This document shows positions 25,959-34,603 of a stretch of DNA of 41,947 nt, piece by piece. The stretch spans positions 1 through 41,947 of the IMG/VR virus record IMGVR_UViG_3300024254_000015, one strand, 5' to 3'. The notes below the pieces were generated by a model that saw only the letters and a list, made by a program, of their open reading frames with translations, did no database searches and was not told the DNA's origin. The DNA is from a virus. Lineage: Duplodnaviria > Caudoviricetes. Position 1 is the first letter of the stretch. Every line of letters begins with the position of its first letter. The translations under genes were made by a program, and so were the position numbers.

Positions 25959-26183
25959 ATGCTGCATCGACACAAGGAAACCAAACCCGAGACCAAGCCA
26001 GAAGTAGCGAAGACTAACGGCGTGGTAGCCCATACGATGACCGACGAGCTGCGACGCGAAAAGGCACTAGAGTTTGCCAAAGCACTCAATCCTGCAGCAA
26101 CGCAGAAGGCCGACGAGTTCATTGCCGACGCGGCCCAGATCGAAACCTATCTGCGAGACGGTGCCAAGCCTGTCGTTCCCTAA
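25959..26183 (+). CDS. Hypothetical protein
   Basis: GGAGG RBS; LRREKALEFAK..AAQIETYL. Confidence 0.65.
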   Translation: MLHRHKETKPETKPEVAKTNGVVAHTMTDELRREKALEFAKALNPAATQKADEFIADAAQIETYLRDGAKPVVP

Positions 26184-26189
26184 GCACGC

Positions 26190-26282
26190 CCTGATTACAG
26201 CGCGCCAAACGCCTCGGTTGCCTTATCCAGTAGATTTCCCCCAGATTTAGGGGTATCGTCGCTGAAATCAGGCAATCGAGGC
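26190..26282 (+). other. Structured RNA element (two interleaved 13-bp helices)
   Basis: 26190-26202 pairs with 26260-26272 (1 mismatch); 26211-26223 pairs with 26270-26282 (1 G-U). Confidence 0.5.
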
Positions 26283-26287
26283 TAGAT

Positions 26288-26455
26288 TTGCCCTCAGTCA
26301 GCGCCAAACAGCATCGCTTCATGGAAGGCATCGCCCATGGCATGAAGCCCAAAGGCGGCGATGGTCCGTCGAAAGCTGTGGCCGAGGAGTTTGTCCAAGC
26401 CGACATGGCCAAGGGCAAGGACAGCAAGATCGCCAAGCTGCTGCAGAAGAAATGA
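26288..26455 (+). CDS. 55-aa small phage protein (MPSVSAKQHRFM..VAEEFVQAD)
   Basis: TTG start with GAGG RBS; MPSxSxxQHRFM pattern recurrent in phage packaging regions. Confidence 0.6.
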   Translation: MPSVSAKQHRFMEGIAHGMKPKGGDGPSKAVAEEFVQADMAKGKDSKIAKLLQKK

Positions 26456-26604
26456 CGATCATCGACCTCCCGCTCTTGCCCGAGAACGCCACCGCAGAGG
26501 ACTGGGAGCGTCTGTTTGAAAAGATGCTACAAGAGATGCAGTTAATGGTCGCCATGCTCGAGAAACGCGAGATCGACAGACACCGCATTCCGTTGGATAG
26601 CTGA
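26452..26604 (+). CDS. 50-aa hypothetical protein
   Basis: ATGA-coupled; MTIIDLPLLPENATAEDWERL.. Confidence 0.45.
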   Translation: MTIIDLPLLPENATAEDWERLFEKMLQEMQLMVAMLEKREIDRHRIPLDS

Positions 26605-26641
26605 ACGGCATTAAGTTACAAAAGGTTAGTGCAAAAACAAT

Positions 26642-26935
26642 ATGGCTGGACGACCCCCTGGCAAATGGAACGACAAGGCATTCAAGGATGCTTTGCGCAT
26701 TGCCGTTAATCGAACCGACAAAGGCGCAGGCAAACGTCTCGCAAAGCTTGCTGATGTACTGGTGGCAAAGGGCCTCGAGGGCGATGTGATGGCCATTAGA
26801 GAGATTGCAGACCGTTTGGACGGCAAAGCTCATCAGAGCAGTGACACGACCGTTACGACCGTGCGTTACGTTATCGACGCGCCTGAGCCTGCAGCGACTG
26901 CCGAGGACTGGGCGGCCGAGAACAAGCCACACTGA
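26642..26935 (+). CDS. terS: Terminase small subunit
   Basis: GRPPG..LV.KGLEGD..AIREIADRLDGK; TGATG-coupled to TerL. Confidence 0.75.
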   Translation: MAGRPPGKWNDKAFKDALRIAVNRTDKGAGKRLAKLADVLVAKGLEGDVMAIREIADRLDGKAHQSSDTTVTTVRYVIDAPEPAATAEDWAAENKPH

Positions 26936-28410
26936 TGGATGGCGGCGACTACGAAGTTGTATGGAAGCCGCAGCCCCGCCAGCGGTCGTTCATCCGTTGC
27001 CCGGTCTTTGAGATCTTCTTCGGTGGATCTCGAGGAGGAGGCAAGACCGACGCCAGCATTGGTGAGTTTGCCGTGCATGGCCAGCAATACGGACAGCACG
27101 CTATTGGACTGATGATCCGCCGTACGCTCGAGCAGTTGAAGGAAACGATTGAGCGCAGCAAGCAGATCTACGGACCCTTGGGTGCAAAGCTGGTCGAGGA
27201 TGGCAAGCTGTGGCGCTTTCCCAATGGCGCACGCCTGCGCTTTGCCTACCTCGAGCGCGACCAGGATGCCGACAACTACCAGGGTCACAGCTATACGCGC
27301 GTGCTGGTGGAGGAGATCGGTAATTTCCCAAGTCCTGCACCGATTATGAAGCTGATGGCCACGCTCAGGTCTGGCGTTGGCGTGCCATGCGGCTTTAGGG
27401 CGACGGGCAACCCTGGTGGGCCGGGGCATCAGTGGGTGAAGGCTAGATACATCGATCCTGCACCACTTGGATGGGAGATCATCACTAGTGAGTTCACGAA
27501 TCCGTTCGATGGAAAGACAGTTAAGCGGGATCGGGTCTACATCCCCAGCCGTCTTCACGATAATCGCTACCTTGGCCCCGAATACGTCGCCAATCTCCAT
27601 CTCAGCGGTAACGCGGAGCTTGTCAGAGCATGGCTTGAGGGTGACTGGAGTGTCATTGCGGGAGCCTTCTTCCCCGAGTGGGATACGCAGAAGCACGTGG
27701 TACGGCCCCTGACGTTACCGAAGGACTGGACGCGGTTCAGGTCGATGGATTGGGGCTCTGCCAAGCCTTTCTCAGTAGGCTGGTGGGCGATCAGCGATGG
27801 GACGCTGCCGCAGTTCCCTCGAGGGGCGCTGATCCGGTACCGCGAGTGGTACGGGCAGAAGGACAACGAGCCGAACGTAGGGCTCAGGATGCCGGCCAAC
27901 GAGGTTGGGGAAGGCATTGTTTCACGTGAAACAGTCGGACTTGAACGCGAGCATATAACCTATGGCGTACTGGATCCTGCAGCCTTTGCCAGTGATGGCG
28001 GGCCGTCCATTGCCGAGCGCATCGTGATGGGTGGCGCGAAAGGGTTCAGGCCAGCCGACAACAAACGCGTGGGCCCGCGTGGGGCCATGGGCGGTTGGGA
28101 CCAGCTCCGGGGTCGTCTCGTGGGTTCTGAAGGGCGACCGATGCTCTACGTCTTCAACACCTGCACAGCACTGATTAGGACGCTTCCTGCCCTACAGCAT
28201 GACGCTAACCGACCCGAGGATGTGGATACGGACGCGGAGGACCATGCTCCGGATGAATGCAGATATGCCTGCATGTCGCGGCCGTGGGTGAGCGAGGACC
28301 AGCCCAAGCCGCCTCCGGTCTATCCGGGCCTGACGATAGGCGGGGCGCATCCCAAGGGGGCACCGACAGTGGACGACATCTGGCGCGACCATGCGCGGGG
28401 GCGGTTCTGA
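26935..28410 (+). CDS. terL: Terminase large subunit
   Basis: PQPRQ, Walker A GGSRGGGKT, Walker B VLVEE, TGNPGG.GH.WVK, nuclease MDWG..DP..EDHAPDECRY. Confidence 0.93.
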   Translation: MDGGDYEVVWKPQPRQRSFIRCPVFEIFFGGSRGGGKTDASIGEFAVHGQQYGQHAIGLMIRRTLEQLKETIERSKQIYGPLGAKLVEDGKLWRFPNGARLRFAYLERDQDADNYQGHSYTRVLVEEIGNFPSPAPIMKLMATLRSGVGVPCGFRATGNPGGPGHQWVKARYIDPAPLGWEIITSEFTNPFDGKTVKRDRVYIPSRLHDNRYLGPEYVANLHLSGNAELVRAWLEGDWSVIAGAFFPEWDTQKHVVRPLTLPKDWTRFRSMDWGSAKPFSVGWWAISDGTLPQFPRGALIRYREWYGQKDNEPNVGLRMPANEVGEGIVSRETVGLEREHITYGVLDPAAFASDGGPSIAERIVMGGAKGFRPADNKRVGPRGAMGGWDQLRGRLVGSEGRPMLYVFNTCTALIRTLPALQHDANRPEDVDTDAEDHAPDECRYACMSRPWVSEDQPKPPPVYPGLTIGGAHPKGAPTVDDIWRDHARGRF

Positions 28411-28607
28411 TGATCAGGGTTAAAGGCGATCCGTTACCGAAAAGCGTTACCAAAAGTGTGCCGAGCGTTACCGGAAAGCTGCGCACCGTTACCGAAATTA
28501 GACAAGCGGCGGGCAAGCGTGGCAGGCCGAAGAAAGCGGACGCGCTGACGCCTGCGCAGAAGCAGAAGGCATATCGGGAGAGGAAGCGGCATGATCAGAT
28601 CGGTTGA
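28410..28607 (+). CDS. Small basic DNA-binding-like protein with internal CGTTACC repeats
   Basis: KRGRPKK..LTPAQKQKAYRERK; TGATG-coupled. Confidence 0.6.
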   Translation: MIRVKGDPLPKSVTKSVPSVTGKLRTVTEIRQAAGKRGRPKKADALTPAQKQKAYRERKRHDQIG

Positions 28608-28818
28608 AAAGCGGGAGTTGGTTTGGGGGGACATTGTGGCCTCGGCCGATACCGATTGTGGGCCTGTCCGGATTCTGATTCCAGTCGATGATGTGAGATT
28701 GGTGGGCGAGCGGCTGGATAACGTCATTGCCTGTCGTCTGGAGAATGCCCGGAGGGTCCTGCTGGCCCGGAAGACTGACGCTGAATGGCTGGCCGAGACG
28801 GTGAACGCAGATGGCTGA
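28591..28818 (+). CDS. Hypothetical protein
   Basis: Overlaps both neighbours; 75 aa. Confidence 0.5.
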   Translation: MIRSVEKRELVWGDIVASADTDCGPVRILIPVDDVRLVGERLDNVIACRLENARRVLLARKTDAEWLAETVNADG

Positions 28819-30901
28819 CGCGACCGGGCAATCCATAGCCCCCAACTCCTCTCAGCCTGTACCGGGCAAAACCGACTCGCTGGAGCAGACACCCGAGCAG
28901 CTTGCGAGCTTCTGGCTGGCGCAGATCGAGTTCGCGACCAAGAAGGTCAAGCAGTGGCGGGCGAGGGGCGACCAGATCGTTCGCAGGTACAAGAACAAGA
29001 AGCAGGAGATCTCGAGTTCAGCTCCTACGGTGGCGATGGGCCAGAAGCGGATGAACTTCGTATGGGCCAATGTGCAGACCCAGAAGCCCATCCTGTATGC
29101 CAATACGCCTAAACCCAATGTGACAAGGCGGAACAAGGACAAGGACCCGGTTGGGAGATGGGCCGCCATCGTCCTCGAGCGGGTGCTGGCGAATACCTTG
29201 GACATGCAGGACTTCGACCATGTTCTCAACCAGGACATCGAGAACCTGCTGCTGCCTGGGTATGCCTGCTCGATGGTGGAGTATATCCCCCAGGTCGAGG
29301 GCGATCAGGTGGGCTGGCAGGAGGCGAGGCTAAGGTACGTTCACTGGAAGGACCAACTGACCAATCCTGCGCGGTTCTGGCAGGAAGTATGGTGGTGGGG
29401 CTACGTAAGTTACCTCACTCGCGATGAAGTAAAGAAGGCGTATGGGCAGAAGATTGGGGCTCTGATTGCGCTGGATCACAAGGCCAGCAAGGACGCCGAT
29501 GATTCGATGTCCAAGGCTACCGTGTGGTGCATCTGGGATAGCAAGCAGAAGAAGGTGATCCACATCTCGACGGGCTACACCTCGGGGCCTTTGGGTGTGT
29601 ACGACCCGCCGGTGAACTTCGAGGACTTCTTCCCGATTCCGCGGCCGTTGTTTGCCACCACGGCGACGGACAGCACGATCCCCATACCTGACTTGGATCA
29701 GTACCAGGACCAGGTGGACGAGATCGACATGTACACCCAGAGGATCTACGTGCTGGGGCGTTCGCTAAGGGTTCGCGGTCTGTACCCGGCGGATATGTCC
29801 TCTGTGAAGCAGATGATGGACAACGCCAACGACGCCGACATGATCCCGATTGAGAACTGGGCCATGCTTGGAGAGCGTGGAGGTGGGCAGAACCTGGTGG
29901 CTTGGTTCCCTGTGGAACAGATCGTGAAGGTTCTGGTGCAGTGCCATGAGAACCGCGATAAGGCGATACAGTCGATGTACGAGGTGACGGGCATCTCGGA
30001 CATCATCCGGGGGCAGTCGGACCCCAACGAGACGCTGGGGGCACAACAACTTAAGTCCCAATTCAGCGGTGTTCGGATTCGCGAGCGTCAACGCGATGTG
30101 CAGCGCTATAGCCGGCAGATTCTCCGGCACATGGCGTCTATCATCGGCCAGCATTTCGAGTTGCCGGTGATCCAGAAGATGTCCGGTGTCCCGTTGATGA
30201 CCCAGCAGCAGGTCCAGATGGTGCAGCAGGGGGCGCAGGTCTGGCAGCAATACAACCAGATTGCCCAGCAGGCCCAGCAGATGGGGCAACCGCCACCTCC
30301 TCCACCCGGTATTCCTCAACCGGACGAGGACATGATCGAACAGGCCCAGGAGCCGACCTGGGAAATGGTGATGAGCCTCCTGCGGGACGAGAAGCTCAGG
30401 GGCTTCGTGATCGACGTGGAGACGGATTCGACGATTGAAGCCGACCAGATGCAGCAGCAGCAGAAGGCCGAGCAGTTCCTGACGGCGGTGACCCAGTACT
30501 GCGCGGCCTGGGCGCAAATCCTGCCGGTGGCGCCGGATTTGGCTGACCTTGCAGGTGAGATGCTGATCAGTGCGGCGCGGTTGTTCAAGATGGGCGACAC
30601 CTTGGAGACGGTGATCGAGGAAGCGGTCGAGAAGCTGGAGAAGAAGGCCGAGATGCCGCCACCTCCGAACCCGCAGATGCAGGCCGACCAGATGAAAGCG
30701 CAGGCCGACGTGCAGACGGCTCAAATCGGGACACAGACAGCGCAGATCAAGGCGCATGCGGAGGAGACCAAGGCCAAGCTGCAGATCGTCGATACGGTGA
30801 TGCAGCACCATGCCAATCAGGCGCAGGCGGTGGCGGACATTGCGGTAGCGCAGGCCCAACCCTTGCCGAGTCAATTGCAACCACCGGAGATGCCACAGTG
30901 A
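28811..30901 (+). CDS. Portal protein
   Basis: 696 aa after TerL; N..WANVQ, YEVTGISDIIRG..ETLGAQQLK, IDVETDST, Gln-rich C-terminal barrel like P22-type portals. Confidence 0.85.
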   Translation: MADATGQSIAPNSSQPVPGKTDSLEQTPEQLASFWLAQIEFATKKVKQWRARGDQIVRRYKNKKQEISSSAPTVAMGQKRMNFVWANVQTQKPILYANTPKPNVTRRNKDKDPVGRWAAIVLERVLANTLDMQDFDHVLNQDIENLLLPGYACSMVEYIPQVEGDQVGWQEARLRYVHWKDQLTNPARFWQEVWWWGYVSYLTRDEVKKAYGQKIGALIALDHKASKDADDSMSKATVWCIWDSKQKKVIHISTGYTSGPLGVYDPPVNFEDFFPIPRPLFATTATDSTIPIPDLDQYQDQVDEIDMYTQRIYVLGRSLRVRGLYPADMSSVKQMMDNANDADMIPIENWAMLGERGGGQNLVAWFPVEQIVKVLVQCHENRDKAIQSMYEVTGISDIIRGQSDPNETLGAQQLKSQFSGVRIRERQRDVQRYSRQILRHMASIIGQHFELPVIQKMSGVPLMTQQQVQMVQQGAQVWQQYNQIAQQAQQMGQPPPPPPGIPQPDEDMIEQAQEPTWEMVMSLLRDEKLRGFVIDVETDSTIEADQMQQQQKAEQFLTAVTQYCAAWAQILPVAPDLADLAGEMLISAARLFKMGDTLETVIEEAVEKLEKKAEMPPPPNPQMQADQMKAQADVQTAQIGTQTAQIKAHAEETKAKLQIVDTVMQHHANQAQAVADIAVAQAQPLPSQLQPPEMPQ

Positions 30902-31167
30902 GCAAAGGAGACATGATGGCCGAGATGCAGAACGTCCCGACACCGGGACTGATCTATCCCAAGTCCTCGGGTCTGTACCTGATGAGCCGGGTGCAGGAGC
31001 TGACGGCGAATGTCGCGGACCTGATCGAGACGCTATGCCAAAGGGACCGCCAGATTGCCGAGCAGGAGCAGGCGCTTGTAACCTTGAAGGCGCGCGTGGC
31101 CGAACTCGAGCAGCCCGCCCCGCTTAATGTCGTGTCAAAGGCCAATGGGGCGACGACCAGCGCATGA
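30898..31167 (+). CDS. Coiled-coil hypothetical protein
   Basis: GTGA overlap; heptad-rich. Confidence 0.55.
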   Translation: MSKGDMMAEMQNVPTPGLIYPKSSGLYLMSRVQELTANVADLIETLCQRDRQIAEQEQALVTLKARVAELEQPAPLNVVSKANGATTSA

Positions 31168-31967
31168 AGATCTCGGTCCTCATTCCGAGCCGAGGGCGGC
31201 CGTTCAAGCTCAAGTCCATGCTGGACACCATCCGCCGGCTGGAATCGGGCAAGAACGACATCGCCTACGTGATTGGCTGCGATTCGGACGATCCGCAGAC
31301 CATCGCTATGGCCCATATGACCAAGCTCTATGACTGCCGGGTGTCTGGTCGGTGTTTCGTCCGCATGGCGTCTCTGGGAGCGATGGTCAACCGGCTGATC
31401 AGTGAGAACCCGGCCGATGCCTATGTCTGTCTCGTCGATGATGTGGAGGTTCTGACCCCTCACTGGGACGAGGCGATTGCCGATGCCTGGGAGGCCAAGC
31501 CGGACGGTATCTGGTGGTGGCGGACCCTTGCAGTGAGGCCCGCGACCTATGCCGTGGTGAGCGAGAAATGGCGCGCGGCGGCAGGACAGGTCTTTACCGA
31601 TTACTTCCCATTTTGGTGGGATGACATGTGGCTGCTTCAGGTCTGGCTGATGGCGTCGGATCTGCCGATGCTGCCGATTGAGGCTTGGTTAGACGATCAG
31701 GCCCAATCCACCCAGAGAATGCGGGATCTGCGGTTCTGGAGCGATTTCTACACCCACCAGAAGGGCAAGCGGCAGGCACAGGCTCTGCGGATGGCCAAGG
31801 CTCTTGGATGGCCCAAGCCGAGCCTCGAGGACTCACGTTGTGATGTGAACCCGAGCTTTTATGCCAACGCCGACAAGATCGAAGCCAACCAGGGCGAGAA
31901 GGCCCCGCCGACACCGGAGTATCTGGCGGCCCTTCAACGCGCCCGAACCGTGATGGGGCTGCAATGA
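31164..31967 (+). CDS. GT2-like (GT-A) glycosyltransferase inside the head module
   Basis: KISVLIPSRGRP, GCDSDD, CLVDD, WD, FPFWWDDMW. Confidence 0.75.
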   Translation: MKISVLIPSRGRPFKLKSMLDTIRRLESGKNDIAYVIGCDSDDPQTIAMAHMTKLYDCRVSGRCFVRMASLGAMVNRLISENPADAYVCLVDDVEVLTPHWDEAIADAWEAKPDGIWWWRTLAVRPATYAVVSEKWRAAAGQVFTDYFPFWWDDMWLLQVWLMASDLPMLPIEAWLDDQAQSTQRMRDLRFWSDFYTHQKGKRQAQALRMAKALGWPKPSLEDSRCDVNPSFYANADKIEANQGEKAPPTPEYLAALQRARTVMGLQ

Positions 31968-32335
31968 GGACAAGGTATCGCTATGACCCTGATCTCGACG
32001 CTGTGGTGGAGATTCGTTCTGGGTCCAATTACTTCGTGGAGGATAAAGGTCCGCATGTCATCTCCGACACCATGGGGGGAGTGAACGGGCTGCGGGCGAT
32101 GTACCGCAAGGACAAGAAGCATTTTGATTCAAAGAGCCGTTACCGAGCCGACGTGAAGGCGCATGGGCTGGAGATCTGCGGCAACGACGACGTGAGAGGT
32201 AGTCAACCGCCGCCACCGGATTATGGCCGGGTGGTGAGTGATGCCTACCGGCAGTTTGACGGGAACTACAACGGCACGGCTGACCGCGTAAGGGCCGAAG
32301 AACAACGCACCGCATGGAGGCGCAACAATGGTTAG
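31964..32335 (+). CDS. Hypothetical head-module protein
   Basis: SKSRYRADVKAHGLEICGND; located between portal and scaffold. Confidence 0.65.
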   Translation: MRTRYRYDPDLDAVVEIRSGSNYFVEDKGPHVISDTMGGVNGLRAMYRKDKKHFDSKSRYRADVKAHGLEICGNDDVRGSQPPPPDYGRVVSDAYRQFDGNYNGTADRVRAEEQRTAWRRNNG

Positions 32336-32338
32336 GAT

Positions 32339-32488
32339 GCTGCGGGCTGGGCTTGATACCAGCTTGCCCCCACGCCAATCCGTGCGCTACTTCGGATGGT
32401 TCGGCTCTCGGTTCGTAGGGCTGTCTATGCCTAGAGGGAAGCGCTCCCTCTCCATTTCCGACTGCGTGTCCATCCACGCCGCCGCAGC
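32339..32488 (-). ncRNA. C4-antisense-RNA-like (tRNA-like) structured RNA
   Basis: Minus strand: 7-bp GCTGCGG/CCGCAGC closing stem; GCGTG-GATGGA-CACGC hairpin; long middle domain; GCTGG-TATCAAGC-CCAGC hairpin, matching my recollection of the P1 C4 family layout. Confidence 0.65.
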
Positions 32489-32521
32489 CTGCAAAAACTA
32501 ACATAAATCAGGAGATTGTCC

Positions 32522-33601
32522 ATGGCTGACGTTCTGGAAACCGTGAATGCAGCCTATGAAGGGCTGGCCAACGAGACGCCGGAAACGCCGCCTCCTGCCG
32601 CAGAAACGCCTGCGGTTGCCGAGACGCCGCCCGAAACCGCCGAACAGAAGGCCGAGCGGGCACGCGACGAGGCCGGACGCTTTGCCAAGGAACCCAAGGA
32701 AAAGCGCCCAACGCTGGCGCTGAAGAAGCCACCGGCGCCGGACACCCCCACAACTCCGGGCGCTCCTACGCCATCCCCAGTGGTTGCAGCGCAGCCGGTG
32801 GCACCGGAGACCCCAAAGATTGCCGCTCCCCAGGAATGGTCCGGGTTAGCGAAGGTTCGATGGGACAAGCTGCCGGTGGCCGTTCAGCAGGAGATCGTCG
32901 AGCGCGAAAACCAGCGCATGACGGCGACTCAAGACTTGATGCCGGTCAAGGAGCTGCTGGATGTGAATCGGGAGTTCCTGGTCAATCAGGCGGGCAGTGT
33001 GCCGGCGGCGTTCACGCAACTCATGCAGTTTGCGCGCATGTCCGTTGACAATCCGGTTGCACTAGCGGAACATATTCTTCGCTCGAAGGGGATTGACCCT
33101 CGCACTGCGTTTTCTGGCCAGCCTCCGGGCGTCCAGCCGCAGCAGCCGCAGGACATCCAATCGCTTGTCGCGCAGCTTGTTCAGCAGGGCATCCAGCCGA
33201 TCCTTGAGCAGACCGCTCAACAAAAGGCAGAAGCCGAGCAACAGCAAATCCAGCAGCTTCAAAGCACGATTGACCAGTTTGCTTCTGATCCGAAGCGCCC
33301 CTTTTTCAATGATGTCCGCGTCCAAATGGGCAAGTTGATCCAGGCGGGTTTCGCCACCTCGATGGATCAGGCTTACGAGCAGGCGTGCAAGCTCAATTCT
33401 GCGATTCAGGCGCATCTCGATCAGGAGAGGCAAGAGGCAGCGGAAGCGACCAAGGCTGCGCAGGTGCAAAAGGCCCGACAGGCCCAGCGCGCCTCAGTCA
33501 CCGGATCGCCGCTCGAGGGGGCACAGCCCGCAGGCGGCCGTTCAAAGGGCAACGTCCGCGATGTGGTCGCTCAACTGTATGACGATCTGTCGGGGGCCTA
33601 A
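32522..33601 (+). CDS. Scaffolding protein
   Basis: AGGAG RBS; acidic Pro-rich N-terminus, RDEAGRF motif, helical; directly upstream of the capsid gene. Confidence 0.8.
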   Translation: MADVLETVNAAYEGLANETPETPPPAAETPAVAETPPETAEQKAERARDEAGRFAKEPKEKRPTLALKKPPAPDTPTTPGAPTPSPVVAAQPVAPETPKIAAPQEWSGLAKVRWDKLPVAVQQEIVERENQRMTATQDLMPVKELLDVNREFLVNQAGSVPAAFTQLMQFARMSVDNPVALAEHILRSKGIDPRTAFSGQPPGVQPQQPQDIQSLVAQLVQQGIQPILEQTAQQKAEAEQQQIQQLQSTIDQFASDPKRPFFNDVRVQMGKLIQAGFATSMDQAYEQACKLNSAIQAHLDQERQEAAEATKAAQVQKARQAQRASVTGSPLEGAQPAGGRSKGNVRDVVAQLYDDLSGA

Positions 33602-33616
33602 CAAAGGACTTCCACC

Positions 33617-34603
33617 ATGGCCGACCCCGGCCTGTCAGAACTGGTAACGACGACGCTCCGCAGCCGCACGGGAGAGCTTGCGGACAACATGACCCGCAAC
33701 AACGCGATCTTGCGGGAACTCGACAAACGCTCCACCGGCCTGCTTCCGTTCGACGGTGGTCGCACCATCCTCCAGGAGATCGACTACGCCAACAACACGA
33801 ATGCCACGTGGTATTCGGGTTACGAGACGGTGGCGATCAACCCGCAGAACACCTTCACCTCGGCCGAATACGACATCAAGCAGTTGATGGTCGCAGTCAG
33901 CGTCTCTGGCCTCGAGATGCTGCAGAACTCCGGGAAAGAGCGGTCGATCAACCTCGTCGCTTCTCGAGTGGAGAACGCCGAGCGCACCATGAAGAACGTG
34001 GTTGCCCTTGGTATGTACTCGGACGGCACGGCCTTCGGCGGCAAGATCATCGGCGGGCTACAGTTGCTTGTGGCCGACAGTCCGACCGGCTCGGTGGGTG
34101 GCATCAGCCAGTCGTCATGGCCGTTCTGGGCGTCTATCGCTGGAACAATCGGCTCGGCGGCGGCGGTGATGCAGGCCAGCATGGACGATATGTACGTGCA
34201 GCTTGTCCGAGGAACAGACGGTCCCAAGCTGATCCTGGCCGACAACACGGCCTACAGCCGGTACCTGCAGTCGATGCAGACCATCCAGCGCGTGACCGAT
34301 CCTGACTGGGCCTCCGCAGGCTTCAAGAATCTTGCCTTCATGGGCAACATTCCGGTGATCCTGGACGGTGGCTATCAGGGCTCGACGGCTCCGCCGGCTT
34401 CACCGGGAACGGGTGGTGCGCCTTCAGCTCATATGTACTTCCTGACCACCGACTACATTTTCTTCCGTCCGCACAAGGACCGGAACATGGAGGTGGTGGA
34501 CCCGGATCGCTACAGCACGAATCAAGACGCTGTGATCAAGCTGATCGGTTGGGCCGGCAACATGACCCGATCTAACGGCTTCCTGCAGGGAGTGCTCAAG
34601 TAA
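33617..34603 (+). CDS. Major capsid protein
   Basis: 328 aa; LADNMTRNNA.L, GGRTI, WYSGYE, YSDGT..GLQ, GFKNL, YFL, WAGNMT; position after scaffold. Confidence 0.88.
   Translation: MADPGLSELVTTTLRSRTGELADNMTRNNAILRELDKRSTGLLPFDGGRTILQEIDYANNTNATWYSGYETVAINPQNTFTSAEYDIKQLMVAVSVSGLEMLQNSGKERSINLVASRVENAERTMKNVVALGMYSDGTAFGGKIIGGLQLLVADSPTGSVGGISQSSWPFWASIAGTIGSAAAVMQASMDDMYVQLVRGTDGPKLILADNTAYSRYLQSMQTIQRVTDPDWASAGFKNLAFMGNIPVILDGGYQGSTAPPASPGTGGAPSAHMYFLTTDYIFFRPHKDRNMEVVDPDRYSTNQDAVIKLIGWAGNMTRSNGFLQGVLK

Noticed and set aside
29765-30943. 392-aa minus-strand ORF
   Set aside because: Shadow of the portal gene; Leu/His-rich composition expected from antisense Gln/Met/Glu codons
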